The notes: generated by a model from the letters alone, not told the origin. Positions 10,437-20,860 are shown, numbered from the stretch's first letter. The stretch: 64,000 bases of DNA from an uncultured delta proteobacterium (GCA_963782055.1 CAWAIF010000003.1:736001-800000), one strand, 5' to 3'. Numbers and translations are program-made.

Positions 10437-13400
10437 ATGGCCTCCACCGGCGACATCCCGCGCGACACCACGATAGCGGGGCGGTTCCTCGTGGGCGACC
10501 TCGCCGGGCGAGGGGCCTCCGGCGCCGTGTATCGCGCGCAGGACCTCCAGACCGGCGGCGACGTCGCCCTCAAGGTCATCCGCGCGGACGACACGCCGGA
10601 GCACTTCCGCCGCGAGGCGCGCGTGCTCGAGGGCCTGCGCCACCCCGCGATCGTGTCCTACGTCGCCCACGGGACGACCGACGACGGGCGCTTCTACCTC
10701 GCGCTGGAGTGGCTGCAGGGCGAGACGCTCGCCGCGCGCCTTCGCCGCGCACCCCTCGGCACGGCCGAGTCGGTGCTCCTCGCGGGGGCGGTCGCGCGGG
10801 CGCTCGGCCACGCCCACGCCGCGGGGATCATCCATCGCGACATCAAGCCCTCCAACCTCTTCTTGCCTGGCGGCGGGGCCGGTGACGTCAAGGTGCTCGA
10901 CTTCGGGATCGCGCGGATGGCGGAGGGCACGCGCATCACGCGCACCGGGCTGCTGCTCGGCACGCCCGGGTACATGGCGCCCGAGCAAGCGCGCGGCGCT
11001 CCGGTCGACGCGCGCGCCGACCTGTTCTCCCTCGGCTGCGTGCTGTACCGCTGCCTGAGCGGCGTCGCGCCCTTCGCCGCGGAGCACGTCACCGCGACGC
11101 TGGCGAAGGTCCTCTTCGAGGAGCCCGCCCCGCTGCGGACGCTGCGCCGCGAGGTCTCGCCCGAGCTGGAGGCGCTCGTGGTGCGCTTGCTCGCCAAGGA
11201 CCCCGCTGGCCGCCCGGCCGGCGCCGAGGCCCTGCTCGACGAGCTCGCGCGCGTCCCCGGCGATCTCCGGCCCACCTCGGTGCCGCCGGCGGCCGCGTCG
11301 GCGCCGTCCCTCACCATGACCGAGCGCCGCTTCGTGACGGTGGTCCTCGCCCGCGCGGACGGCGCCGACGCCGGCGTCCCGGTCGACGTCGAGATCAGCG
11401 AGTCCCTGGCGCGGGACATGACCGTGCGGACCGACCACCCCACGCTCGACCAGCCTCCTCGCTCCGATCGCGGTCCGGCGGCCGCGGGCGCCCAGATCGT
11501 CCGGCTCGTCGACGGCACGCTCGCGGCCACCTTCGCCGGGCCGATGTCGGTCGTGGATCACGCCGGGCAGGCCGCGCGCTTCGCCCTGCTCCTGCGTCGC
11601 TCGCTTCCGGAGGGGCGCATCGTGGTCGCGACCGGCCGCGGCGTCGTCGACGGGCGTGTCCCGATGGGCGAGGTCATCGACCGCGCAGCGTCGATGCTGG
11701 ACCGCGCGCAGGGCGAGCTCGACGGCGTGGCGCTCGACGAGCCGAGCGCCCGCTTGCTGGAGGGCCGCTTCGACATCGTGACCGACGGCCACGAGCAGGT
11801 GTTGCTCGGCGACCGCCGCGCCCCTGCGGCCGCGCGCACCTTGCTCGGCAAGCCCAGCCCGCACGTGGGTCGCGAGCGCGAGGTGGCGATGTTCGGCGGT
11901 CTCCTGGACGAGTGCGTCGCCGAGTCCACGACGCGGTGCGCGGTGCTCACCGGTCCGGCCGGTCTGGGCAAGACGCGCCTCGTCGCGGAGGTCCTCGAGC
12001 GCGCGCGCGACAGGCACCCGACGCTGGCCACGTGGTTCGCGCGCGGGGACCCCATCAGCGCGGGCTCCTCCTTCGGGCTCGCCTCCGACCTCCTGCGCGA
12101 CGCGGCCGGAGCGCGCCGCGGGCAGTCGCTCGCCGCCCGGCGCACGCTGCTGCTGGGCGTGCTCGAGCAGACGGCGGCGCCCGAGCCGGAGGCCGAGCGC
12201 ATCGCCGCGGCCCTCGCCGTCCTGGTGGGGGGCGACGACGACGGTCTGCCCGGCGACCCGCGCTCCTACGGCGACCGCGTGCGCACGGCGTGGGAGGACC
12301 TGGTCCGGCGCGTGGGGGAGACGCGGCCGATCGTCATCGTCCTCGACGACCTCCACTGGGGCGACCTCGCTTCGGTACGACTGGTGGAGTCGGCGATGCG
12401 AAACTTGCAGGATACACCTTTGTGCGTCCTCGCCGTGGCGCGCCCCGACGTGGAGACGCGCTTCCCGGGCCTCTGGGACGAGCGCGCGCCCTTGCGGGTG
12501 CGCCTGTCCGACCTGACGCCTCGCGCGGCCCGGCGCCTCGTCCACTCCGTGCTGGGCGACGCCGGGGAGTCGCTCGTCGAGCGCATCGTGGAGCGCGCGG
12601 CGGGCAACGCCTTCCACCTGGAAGAGCTCGTGCGCGCGGCGGCGGAGGGACGCGGCGGCTCGCTGCCCGAGACGGTGCTGGCGATGGTCTCCGAGCGCCT
12701 CCAGTCGCTCGACCCGGAGGTGCGTCGCCTGCTCCGCGCCGCCAGCGTCTTCGGCGAGACCTTCTGGGAGCAGGGCGTGCTCTCGTTGCTCGGGGAGGCG
12801 GAGGACGCCTCGTGGTCGGCGTGGGCGGGGCGGCTGGCGGAGCTGGTGCGTCAGGAGCTCGTCGTCGCCTCGACGGCGTCGCAGTTCGCCGGCGACGTGG
12901 AGTACCGCTTCCGCCACGGGCTCGTGCGCGACGCCGCCTACGCGACGCTCACCGAGGCGGACCGCGTCGTCGGCCACCGCATCGCCGGCGAGTGGCTGTC
13001 CGCCGCGGGGAGCGCCGACGCCCGCGCGCTCGCCGAGCACTTCGAGCGGGGAGGCGCGCCGGAGCGCGCCGCCAGCTTCTCCCTGCGTGCGGCCCAGCAG
13101 TCGCTGCTCGGCGGCGATGTCGCCTCCGTGCTGGAGCTGTGCACGCGCGCTCGCCGCTGCGACCCGGCGACCGGCGCCGCCGAGCTGGCGCGCCTCGAGG
13201 CGGAGGCGCACCTCTGGCGCGGCGAGTTCACGCGCGCGGAGGAGCGGGCGGAGGCGTGCCTCGCGGCGTCGACGACCGAAGACGCGGCGTGGTGGTCGGC
13301 GGCGGCGACCCTCGTCGTCTCCTGCCTCCGCCGCGAAGGCTGGGACCGCATCCTCGCCGTCTACGAGGCGATGCGCGCGGCGCCGTTCCGACCGCGCGTC

Positions 13401-14336
13401 GCGCCCACGCGCCTCTTCGCGGCGTCGCGCGTGGCCGTGCACCTCTGCGCGGCCGGTCGCTTCGCCGAGGCGGACGAGCTGCTCGGATCCATCCGCGGCG
13501 ACGTCGCGCGCCTGGACGACCCCGACACCGCGACGCTCGGCGCGGTGCGCGTGGCCGAGGCGATGCGCGCGCTGTGTGCGGGCGACATCGCCGGGTGCCG
13601 CGGGGGGATGGCGGACGCGGCCGACCTCTTCGGGCGCGCGGGCGATCTCCGCAACGTGTGCATCACCGAGAGCAACCTGGGGTTCTGCAACGCAGAGCTC
13701 GGCGCCTACGCCGAGGCCGAGGCCGTCCTCCGCGCGACGGTCGCGCGGGCGCGGCGGCTCGGCATCTTCGCCGTGGAGTACAGCGCCATGCACAACCTGG
13801 GCTACGCGTTGCTGCGGCTCGGTCGTGTCGAGGAGGCGCGCGCGATGGAGCGCGAGTGCGTCGAGATGCTGGAGAAGCAGGGTGACCGGCGGCTCGCCGG
13901 GGGCTCGCGCCTCTACCTGGCCCTCATCGCGCTGGAGACGGGCGATCTGGTGGAGGCGGAGGCGGAGGTCGCCCGGGCGATGGACCTGCTCGCCGAGACG
14001 CCGCCGGTGCGCGCCTTCGCGCTGGCGGTGCTCGCCCGCACGCGACTCGGACAGGGGCGCGTGGAGGAGGCGCGCGCGGCGTCCGCGGAGGCGAGCGCGC
14101 TCCTCGCAGAGCTGGGCGCGATGGAGCAAGGCGAGTCGCTCGTGCGCCTCGCCGAGGCCGAGACGCTCCTCGCCACCGGCGACAGGGAGGGCGCGAGGCG
14201 CGCCGTGGCCGTCGCCCGCGATCGGTTGGCGGATCGCGCGGCGAAGATGACCGACGAGGTGCTGCGAGCGTCCTTCCTGGAGTGCGTGCCGGAGCACTCC
14301 CGCACGCGCGCGCTCGCCGACGAGCTGGGGGCCTGA
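10437..14336 (+). CDS. Ser/Thr protein kinase with degenerate cyclase-like, AAA/STAND ATPase and TPR domains
   Basis: VALK, HRDIKPSN, DFG and GTPGYMAPE, then GPAGLGKTR, LDDLHWGD and GNAFHLEEL, followed by C-terminal TPR-like helices. Confidence 0.93.
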   Translation: MASTGDIPRDTTIAGRFLVGDLAGRGASGAVYRAQDLQTGGDVALKVIRADDTPEHFRREARVLEGLRHPAIVSYVAHGTTDDGRFYLALEWLQGETLAARLRRAPLGTAESVLLAGAVARALGHAHAAGIIHRDIKPSNLFLPGGGAGDVKVLDFGIARMAEGTRITRTGLLLGTPGYMAPEQARGAPVDARADLFSLGCVLYRCLSGVAPFAAEHVTATLAKVLFEEPAPLRTLRREVSPELEALVVRLLAKDPAGRPAGAEALLDELARVPGDLRPTSVPPAAASAPSLTMTERRFVTVVLARADGADAGVPVDVEISESLARDMTVRTDHPTLDQPPRSDRGPAAAGAQIVRLVDGTLAATFAGPMSVVDHAGQAARFALLLRRSLPEGRIVVATGRGVVDGRVPMGEVIDRAASMLDRAQGELDGVALDEPSARLLEGRFDIVTDGHEQVLLGDRRAPAAARTLLGKPSPHVGREREVAMFGGLLDECVAESTTRCAVLTGPAGLGKTRLVAEVLERARDRHPTLATWFARGDPISAGSSFGLASDLLRDAAGARRGQSLAARRTLLLGVLEQTAAPEPEAERIAAALAVLVGGDDDGLPGDPRSYGDRVRTAWEDLVRRVGETRPIVIVLDDLHWGDLASVRLVESAMRNLQDTPLCVLAVARPDVETRFPGLWDERAPLRVRLSDLTPRAARRLVHSVLGDAGESLVERIVERAAGNAFHLEELVRAAAEGRGGSLPETVLAMVSERLQSLDPEVRRLLRAASVFGETFWEQGVLSLLGEAEDASWSAWAGRLAELVRQELVVASTASQFAGDVEYRFRHGLVRDAAYATLTEADRVVGHRIAGEWLSAAGSADARALAEHFERGGAPERAASFSLRAAQQSLLGGDVASVLELCTRARRCDPATGAAELARLEAEAHLWRGEFTRAEERAEACLAASTTEDAAWWSAAATLVVSCLRREGWDRILAVYEAMRAAPFRPRVAPTRLFAASRVAVHLCAAGRFAEADELLGSIRGDVARLDDPDTATLGAVRVAEAMRALCAGDIAGCRGGMADAADLFGRAGDLRNVCITESNLGFCNAELGAYAEAEAVLRATVARARRLGIFAVEYSAMHNLGYALLRLGRVEEARAMERECVEMLEKQGDRRLAGGSRLYLALIALETGDLVEAEAEVARAMDLLAETPPVRAFALAVLARTRLGQGRVEEARAASAEASALLAELGAMEQGESLVRLAEAETLLATGDREGARRAVAVARDRLADRAAKMTDEVLRASFLECVPEHSRTRALADELGA

Positions 14337-14357
14337 GCGCGTCCCCCCGTCGCGTGG

Positions 14358-14771
14358 CTACTTGTCGTCCTCGGCCTCGCCGGGCTTCGGGGTCTCGGCG
14401 TCGTGCGAGGCGTCCGGCGGGGGCGCGGGGTCGGAGGGTTTGCGGCCGACGACGTCGCGCTCCAGCGTCTTGGCGACGTTCTCGAACGCGCGCCCCATCT
14501 CGTGCAGGCTGGTGCGCAGCGCGCCCTCGATGCCCTCGGTGGGGAGCTTCTCGAGGGCCTTCTGGAGATCGTCGACGCCGCCGCGGAACGCCTCCTCCAC
14601 CTTGTCGGCGTGGACCTTGTCCTTCGCCTTGTGGGCCGCGACCTGCGCGGCGGCCTTGGCGGCGCGGAAGAGAAGGCCGACGCCCTTCTTGAGATCGGCG
14701 ACCGGATCGTCGTCCGGGTCGGGCGGAGGCGCCGCGGGCGGAGGGGTGGTGGGGCTGTCGTCGTCGGTCAT
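14358..14771 (-). CDS. Hypothetical protein
   Basis: Typical codon usage and helical core. TATGAT lies 6 nt upstream of ATG. Confidence 0.65.
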   Translation of the reverse strand: MTDDDSPTTPPPAAPPPDPDDDPVADLKKGVGLLFRAAKAAAQVAAHKAKDKVHADKVEEAFRGGVDDLQKALEKLPTEGIEGALRTSLHEMGRAFENVAKTLERDVVGRKPSDPAPPPDASHDAETPKPGEAEDDK

Positions 14772-14810
14772 GGGGGGATCATAGCGCAGCGGAGGATTCA
14801 TCCCGTCCTC

Positions 14811-16574
14811 TCAGGGCAGGTCGGTGGTGGCCTGCCGGCGTACCGCGGCGCAGTACGGGCTGCCCTCCACCGCACGGGCGTTCAGGCTCCAGAACCACCC
14901 GTCCAGCGCGTGCGCGGACGCCGCGTCGTCCCGCCGCAGCAGGCGCATCTCGGCGAGCAGCGCCTCACCCCCGCACACCACCATCAGCCTCATCTGCGCG
15001 GTCATCGGGCTGCCCGCGAACTCCACGTACCGGTAGCTCGCCGGCCCGAAGGGCGTGGCCATGCCGCCGTCGACGATGCGGTCCGGCTTGCCCAGCTTCG
15101 CCGTGCCCTGCAGCAGGGCCTGCTTCATGACGCGGATGACGTCCGGCGTGGGCCGCACCGAGCTCAGGACCGTCACGTCGGAGCTGACGTGGTTGGTCAT
15201 CAGCAGCAGCAGCCCGCGCGGCCCGTTGGCGTCGAGCTCGTAGCCCGCCGGCGCCTTGAAGTGCAGGCCGACGAACGGGTCGACGAAGCTGTCCTCCACG
15301 ATCACCCCCCGGTACTCCGCGCGGGCCTCGATGGGCGCGGGCGCCGGCGGGATCGTCACGTCTCCCAGCGGGGGCTTGGGACGCGGGGCTGGCCCGACGA
15401 GCGCCGCCGGGTCCACACGGGCGGCCCGCGCATCCTCTCCGGAGAGGAACGCCACCACCGTGCCGCTGCGCTCCGTGCGTCCGTCGGTGGCCAGCAGCCG
15501 CTGCACCTCCGCCGCCTCCCGCTCGCCGGAGAAGGCGAGCGTCCAGGAGTCGAACTCGTGCCCCTTGCCGTCGCTCGCCGACAGCAGCGTGTCGCCGCGC
15601 CACGCCGCGCCGATGCGCGCGACGTGGTCCGCGCTCTCGCCGAGCTTCCACAGCAGCTGCCGCAGCCCGTACTCGCCGACCGAGTCGTGCAGGTCCGCCC
15701 GGAAGCCGGCGGGCGGCGTCACGCCCCTCACCGGCTCGACCGGCCGCCCCGCGACGAAGTCCTCCGGGTGATAGATGTACGCGGTCGCCGCCGGCCGCAC
15801 GGCGTACAGCTTGTCGACGAGGGGGAAGCCGCCGGCGCGGTAGATGGCCCCGACGAACAGCGTGCCCCACACGTACGGGAACATCACCGCCTCGCGCGTG
15901 GTGGCCGGCTGCGCGCGCAGCGCGGGGTCGGCCAGGTACTCGGGGTGGCGCACCTCGTCGGGCACCGTCTCGTCGGTCGTCGACGCCTCGACGACCGAGC
16001 GCTTCACCGGCCGCCCTTCGAGGTACGCCTCCGCCGCGACGCGGGTGATCTCCGCGTCGCCCTCCAGCACCGCGCGCATGGCGTGGACCGCGTCGGGCGA
16101 CAGCCCGTCGTACAGCCGCTCCAGCCCGAAGTGTTGATCCTGCAGCGCGTGGGTCAGCTCGTGCGCCAGCGTCCCGCTCAGGCTCTGGTCGCGCAGCCAC
16201 GGCGGCCGATCGCGCCGCACGAAGATGCCCCGTGTCGTCGGGTCGTAGAAGCCGACGAAGTAGCGCGCGTCCTCCTGGGGGTCGCGCGGCGCCGAGGGGG
16301 CGACCCCGTACTTCGCACGCCGCCGCGCGACGCCCTCCTCGAAGACGCGATCGAACTCCTCGTCCGACACGCGGCGGAGGGGGATGGGCCGCGTGGGCGT
16401 GAGGCCGCGCACGTGAACGACGGCGGCGAGGACCTTCTGCACGTCCACGTGCTCCTCCGCCGACGGCCTCGTGGGCCCACCCGACGACCCGGGCAGGGTG
16501 GTGCCGACCGGCGCGAGCGGCGCCTGCGGCGCGCACGCCGCGAGCAGCGCGAGCATGAGGGCGACTCGGCGCAT
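14811..16574 (-). CDS. Putative zinc metallopeptidase lipoprotein
   Basis: Lipobox LAAC, GFYDP, HELTHALQDQHF, downstream EGDA and FPYVWG. Confidence 0.75.
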   Translation of the reverse strand: MRRVALMLALLAACAPQAPLAPVGTTLPGSSGGPTRPSAEEHVDVQKVLAAVVHVRGLTPTRPIPLRRVSDEEFDRVFEEGVARRRAKYGVAPSAPRDPQEDARYFVGFYDPTTRGIFVRRDRPPWLRDQSLSGTLAHELTHALQDQHFGLERLYDGLSPDAVHAMRAVLEGDAEITRVAAEAYLEGRPVKRSVVEASTTDETVPDEVRHPEYLADPALRAQPATTREAVMFPYVWGTLFVGAIYRAGGFPLVDKLYAVRPAATAYIYHPEDFVAGRPVEPVRGVTPPAGFRADLHDSVGEYGLRQLLWKLGESADHVARIGAAWRGDTLLSASDGKGHEFDSWTLAFSGEREAAEVQRLLATDGRTERSGTVVAFLSGEDARAARVDPAALVGPAPRPKPPLGDVTIPPAPAPIEARAEYRGVIVEDSFVDPFVGLHFKAPAGYELDANGPRGLLLLMTNHVSSDVTVLSSVRPTPDVIRVMKQALLQGTAKLGKPDRIVDGGMATPFGPASYRYVEFAGSPMTAQMRLMVVCGGEALLAEMRLLRRDDAASAHALDGWFWSLNARAVEGSPYCAAVRRQATTDLP

Positions 16575-16641
16575 CCGCCCAGCTTAGCAGCGGGGGCGGC
16601 GCGGGGTTGCAGGTCCCCCCACTTGGCGGTACTCGTCGCGC

Positions 16642-18069
16642 GTGAACACACGCGCCCTCGCCGCTCTCGCCGCCCTCGTGCTCGTCCTCCCCGCCACCCG
16701 CGTCCACGCGGGCGGGGGGCCCGCCCCCGCCCCCGGGCCGAAGCCGGCGCCCATCTTCCCGATGACGGTGGACACCCTCCCCAACGGGCTCACCGTGGTC
16801 ACCGTCCCGATGGCCCACTCCGGCGCGGTCGCCTTCTACACCCTCGTGCGCGCGGGATCGCGCGACGAGGTCGAGCCCGGCAGGAGCGGCTACGCCCACC
16901 TCTTCGAGCACCTCATGTTCCGCGGCACCGCCAAGATCCCCGCCGCCGACTACGAGAAGCGCATGCAGGCGATGGGCTCCGACAACAACGCCTTCACCAC
17001 CGACGACTTCACCTTCTTCACGCCGCTCGTGCCGAAGGAGTCGCTGGCCGAGCTCGTCCCCGTCGAGGCCGACCGCTTCCAGCACCTCGACGTGGCCGAG
17101 CGCCCCTACAAGGACGAGACCGGCGCGGTGCTCGGCGAGTACAACAAGGACTTCTCCAACCCGTACTGGTTCATGGACGAGGCGCTGCACGAGCTCGCCT
17201 TCAAGCAGCACACCTACGGGCACACCACGCTCGGCTTCAAGCGCGACGTGGAGGCGATGCCCAGAAACTACGCCTACTCCAAGCTCTTCTTCTCCCGCTT
17301 CTACACCCCGGACGACTGCGTCATCTTCGCCGTGGGCGACGTCGAGCGCGAGCGCGTGCTCGCCCTCGTCAAGCAGAGCTACGGCGACTGGAAGGGCAAG
17401 CGCGCCCAGCCGGCAATCAAGAAGGAGCCGGCGCAGACGGCGCCGCGCGTGAAGGCGCTCGTCTGGAAGGGCCCGACCACCCCGCGCATGATCATCGCGT
17501 ACAAGGTCCCCGCCGCCAGCCAGGTGGACGACGTCGCCGCCCTCTCCGTCCTCGCCACGCTGGTCTTCGGCGAGCCGAGCGAGCTCTACCAGCGCCTGGT
17601 GGTCAAGGAGCAGAAGGCCATCGCTCTCGAGGCCGATCCCGACGAGACGCTGCACAAGGACCCGGGGGTGATGCGCGTCGACGTGCGCCTCAAGCCGGGC
17701 GTCGCCTTCGCCGACATCACCGGGGCGGTGCAGTCCTCGCTCGACGCCGTCGCCGGCGGCGCCGCGAAGCCGGCGGACGTGGAGGCCGCGCGCCGCCACC
17801 TGGTGAGCTCCATCACCCTCTCCATGCAGACCCCCGGCGCCGTCGCCGAGCGCATCGCCTACCTCGCCGCCACCACGGGCGACGTGCACGGCTTCAATCG
17901 CTACATGGCCGCCGTCGAGCAGGTCACTCCCGCCGACATCGCGCGCGTCGCCAAGGCGTACCTGGTGCCGGCGCGCCGCGACGTCGTCACCCTCTCGCCA
18001 CCCCCACCGGCGAAGGCCAAGGCCCCGAAGAAGGGGGACACCACCCCGAAGAAGGGAGGCAAGAAGTGA
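16642..18069 (+). CDS. M16 (pitrilysin/insulinase) peptidase, catalytic subunit
   Basis: GSRDE, inverted zinc motif HLFEH, NAFT, and a signal peptide. Confidence 0.92.
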   Translation: MNTRALAALAALVLVLPATRVHAGGGPAPAPGPKPAPIFPMTVDTLPNGLTVVTVPMAHSGAVAFYTLVRAGSRDEVEPGRSGYAHLFEHLMFRGTAKIPAADYEKRMQAMGSDNNAFTTDDFTFFTPLVPKESLAELVPVEADRFQHLDVAERPYKDETGAVLGEYNKDFSNPYWFMDEALHELAFKQHTYGHTTLGFKRDVEAMPRNYAYSKLFFSRFYTPDDCVIFAVGDVERERVLALVKQSYGDWKGKRAQPAIKKEPAQTAPRVKALVWKGPTTPRMIIAYKVPAASQVDDVAALSVLATLVFGEPSELYQRLVVKEQKAIALEADPDETLHKDPGVMRVDVRLKPGVAFADITGAVQSSLDAVAGGAAKPADVEAARRHLVSSITLSMQTPGAVAERIAYLAATTGDVHGFNRYMAAVEQVTPADIARVAKAYLVPARRDVVTLSPPPPAKAKAPKKGDTTPKKGGKK

Positions 18070-19631
18070 TGCGCCGTCTCGTCGCCGCCGCGCCGCTCGC
18101 CGCCGCGCTCCTCGCCTGCCACGGCGAGCCCCCGCTCAAGGTCGCCGGCCCCACCACCGCCAAACCCCCCGGCGCCACCACCGTCGCGCAGGAGCAGGGC
18201 GTCAAGAGCGTCGCGCAGCGCGACCCCTCCTCCCGCGTCGTCGCCTTCCGCATCCTGTTCAACGGCGGCTCCGCCGACGACCCGCCGGGCAAGGAGGGCC
18301 TCACCGCCCTCACCGCCGCCATGACGGCGGAGAGCGGCACCACCAAGCTCACCTACGCCGAGCTGGCCAAGGCGCTCTACCCCTTCGCGGCCTCCATCGA
18401 CGCGCACGTCGACCGCGATCAGACCGTGTTCGAGGTGCAGGTCGCCGCCTCCAGCCTGAAGGACTTCTACCCGCTGCTGCGCGACGTGATCCTCACCCCG
18501 CGCCTGGACGAGGCCTCCTTCCAGCGACTCGAGACGCGCGCCCACAGCGAGCTGGTGGACGATCTTCGCGGCGCCGATGACGAGGAGCTCGGCAAGGAGG
18601 CGCTCCAGGCCTTCCTCTACGAGGGCCACCCCTACGGCCACCCCGCGGTCGGCACCGAGGCCGGCCTCGCCGCCCTCACCCGGGCCGACGTGGACGCGCA
18701 GCGCAAGCATGTATTCTGCAAAGATCGTGTCGTCCTGGGCATCGCCGGCAACTACCCGGAGGGCTTCGACAAGACCGTCGCCAAGGACCTCGCCGCGCTC
18801 CCCGCGTGCGACGCGCCGCGCGCCTCCTTGCCCGCGCCGCGCAAGATCGCCCGCACGCAGGTCCTCATCGTCGACAAGCCTGGCGCCGACGCCACCGCCA
18901 TCTCCCTCGGCTACCCGACGGACATGACACGCGCCAGCGACGACTACCCGGCCGTCTTCTTCTTCACCAGCTACGTGGGCCTGCATCGCCAGTCGGCCGG
19001 CGTGCTCTACAACCGCCTGCGCGAGGAGCGCGGCCTCAACTACGGCGACTACGCCTACTCCGAGTACTTCGAGCAGGAGGGCTGGGAGCGCATCACCCAG
19101 CCGGACATCGCGCGGCGCCAGCAGATGATCAGCATCTGGATCCGCCCGGTGAAGCCGGCGAACGGCCCCTTCGCGCTGCGCGGGGCGCTCCACTACTGGC
19201 AGAAGACCGTCGCCTCCGGCATCCCCGACGAGGAGGTCGCGCGCTTCCGGACCTTCCTCTCGCGCTACGAGGGCCTGGAGCAGCAGACGGCCTCGCGCCG
19301 CCTGGGCTACGCCCTGGACGACCTGAGCTACGGCCTCGCCACGCCTTACCTCGAGCGGATGCGCACCGCGTGGTCCGGCCTCACGGCGGCGAAGCTGAAG
19401 GAGGCGATCGCCCGCCGCATCGCCGGCCACCCCTTCGCCATCGCCATCGTCACCAAGGACGGCGCCGCGCTGAAGAAGACGCTGGTCGAGGGCGGCCCCA
19501 CGCCGCCGACCTACGACTCCCCCAAGCCGAAGGAGATCCTGGAGGAGGACAAGACCATCGAGGCCCTCCCCCTGCACCTGAAGGACACCGACGTCACCGT
19601 CATCCCCGTCGACAAGATGTTCGCCAGGTGA
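18069..19631 (+). CDS. M16 peptidase, non-catalytic partner subunit (lipoprotein)
   Basis: GSADDP, HPYG and LREERGLNY, with no HxxEH. TGATG coupling to the upstream M16 gene. Confidence 0.88.
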   Translation: MRRLVAAAPLAAALLACHGEPPLKVAGPTTAKPPGATTVAQEQGVKSVAQRDPSSRVVAFRILFNGGSADDPPGKEGLTALTAAMTAESGTTKLTYAELAKALYPFAASIDAHVDRDQTVFEVQVAASSLKDFYPLLRDVILTPRLDEASFQRLETRAHSELVDDLRGADDEELGKEALQAFLYEGHPYGHPAVGTEAGLAALTRADVDAQRKHVFCKDRVVLGIAGNYPEGFDKTVAKDLAALPACDAPRASLPAPRKIARTQVLIVDKPGADATAISLGYPTDMTRASDDYPAVFFFTSYVGLHRQSAGVLYNRLREERGLNYGDYAYSEYFEQEGWERITQPDIARRQQMISIWIRPVKPANGPFALRGALHYWQKTVASGIPDEEVARFRTFLSRYEGLEQQTASRRLGYALDDLSYGLATPYLERMRTAWSGLTAAKLKEAIARRIAGHPFAIAIVTKDGAALKKTLVEGGPTPPTYDSPKPKEILEEDKTIEALPLHLKDTDVTVIPVDKMFAR

Positions 19632-19686
19632 CCCCTCTCCCACCGCGCCGCGGTTGCGAGCCGGTAACACCGGTGGGGGGTGAGCC

Positions 19687-20397
19687 TCACGCCACGCGGC
19701 GCTTGCGCATCTCGTAGTACACGCGCTTCGCGGGCTGCGAGACCAGCACCGCCTGTCGCCGGAAGATGGAGCGCGGCACCTTCTCCGTCTCGCGCAGCAC
19801 CATGGCGGTGAGCCGCCCGCCGTAGACACACCCGGTGTCCAGGCCGGTGGCCCAAGGGTGGAGCTGCAAGCCGGGCAGCGCGTTGTGCCCGAACACCACG
19901 TGCGGCGCGCCGGCGTAGACGGAGCCCCAGAGCACGTGATGCTGGCCGAGCTTGCGGCTCGGCCCGCCGCGCACATCGACGGTGCGGATGTGCATGAGCG
20001 TCTCGCGGTTCTGCTCCTCCATCGGCACGCCGGGCACGACGCCCGCGTGCACGATGCGCAGGCCGTGCTCCGGCAGATCGATCCAGATGGGGGAGGTCTC
20101 CAGGAGTGTCCAGTCCACCGGGCGCATCGCCCGGGCGACCTCCAGGTGCAGCCGGCCCAGCGGCGAGGCCACCGGATCGCGCCGGTAGTCGAGCAGCTTC
20201 TGCTCGTGATTGCCGCGCACGATCACCGCGCCGGTGCGGCGCGCGACGTCGAGCACGCCCGGCGAGTCCGGCCCGCGCGCGATGAGGTCTCCCACGAAGA
20301 TGAGGCGGTCACCGCTGGCGAAACCCACCCGGTCCAGCAGAGCCTCCAGCTCTGCCCGGCAGCCGTGCACATCGCCGACGATGATCGTTCTACCCAT
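19687..20397 (-). CDS. Calcineurin-like metallophosphoesterase (ApaH/PrpE-like)
   Basis: GDVHG, GDLIARGP, GNHE, HAG, FGH and DTGCVYGG. Confidence 0.9.
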   Translation of the reverse strand: MGRTIIVGDVHGCRAELEALLDRVGFASGDRLIFVGDLIARGPDSPGVLDVARRTGAVIVRGNHEQKLLDYRRDPVASPLGRLHLEVARAMRPVDWTLLETSPIWIDLPEHGLRIVHAGVVPGVPMEEQNRETLMHIRTVDVRGGPSRKLGQHHVLWGSVYAGAPHVVFGHNALPGLQLHPWATGLDTGCVYGGRLTAMVLRETEKVPRSIFRRQAVLVSQPAKRVYYEMRKRRVA

Positions 20398-20495
20398 GGC
20401 CTCCTCGCGTCATGCCGAGCGGCCTTCGCTCCACCGGGAGAATGCCTGCTCACGCGGCCGGTGCCAACCCCCGATTACGGTCCATCCGTACAGAT

Positions 20496-20504
20496 TGTGG
20501 ATAA
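20496..20504 (-). promoter_or_regulatory. Perfect DnaA box (TTATCCACA)
   Basis: The + strand reads TGTGGATAA, in an AT-richer intergenic patch. Confidence 0.45.
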
Positions 20505-20571
20505 CTCGCTCAACCATTTGAAATCACTTGGCCCGTGATCCGCCCAAGGCCCCGGAAGGCTCTGGCACGGA

Positions 20572-20676
20572 GGTTGGAAGAGAGGACCTGAACACCGCGG
20601 GGGTGGCGAAGGCAATTCCCGGCCGCCCTTCGCCACTCCCGCGGTGGACTTCTTTGCGTGGTCCTTCCTTCCATCG
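20572..20676. ncRNA. Candidate structured RNA (long rod-like hairpin), family unassigned
   Basis: Inner 20-bp stem 20593-20612/20627-20646 with 19/20 Watson-Crick pairs, plus outer stem GGAAGAGAGGACC/GGTCCTTCCTTCC separated by an asymmetric bubble. Confidence 0.35.
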
Positions 20677-20761
20677 ATGACCACGTCCGCCCCCCCTGTC
20701 CACCCGATCCCCGCTCCCGCCTCAATCGTCAGCAAGCTCCCAATCCCAGCTCTCCCCCCTT

Positions 20762-20806
20762 CCTCACCCCCCCGGCCCCCCTCTCCCTACGAGGGAGAGG
20801 GGGGGG
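20762..20806 (+). repeat. REP-like palindromic element (CCTCACCCCC..CCCCTCTCC-loop-GGAGAGGGG)
   Basis: Hairpin CCCCCCTCTCCCT-ACG-AGGGAGAGGGGGG downstream of glgC. Same family as 37709 and 48732. Confidence 0.75.
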
Positions 20807-20860
20807 AGAAGAGGGGGAGAGAGGGGGAGGAGATTAGGGGGAGGGAGAAGGTCAAGGGCG

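Noticed and set aside
20490..20530. Replication origin
   Set aside because: Only one perfect DnaA box, with no box cluster, DUE or dnaA/gidA context.
20540..20570. SRP RNA suggested by CAAGGCCCCGGAAGG
   Set aside because: Lacks the conserved AGCAG half of the helix-8 internal loop.
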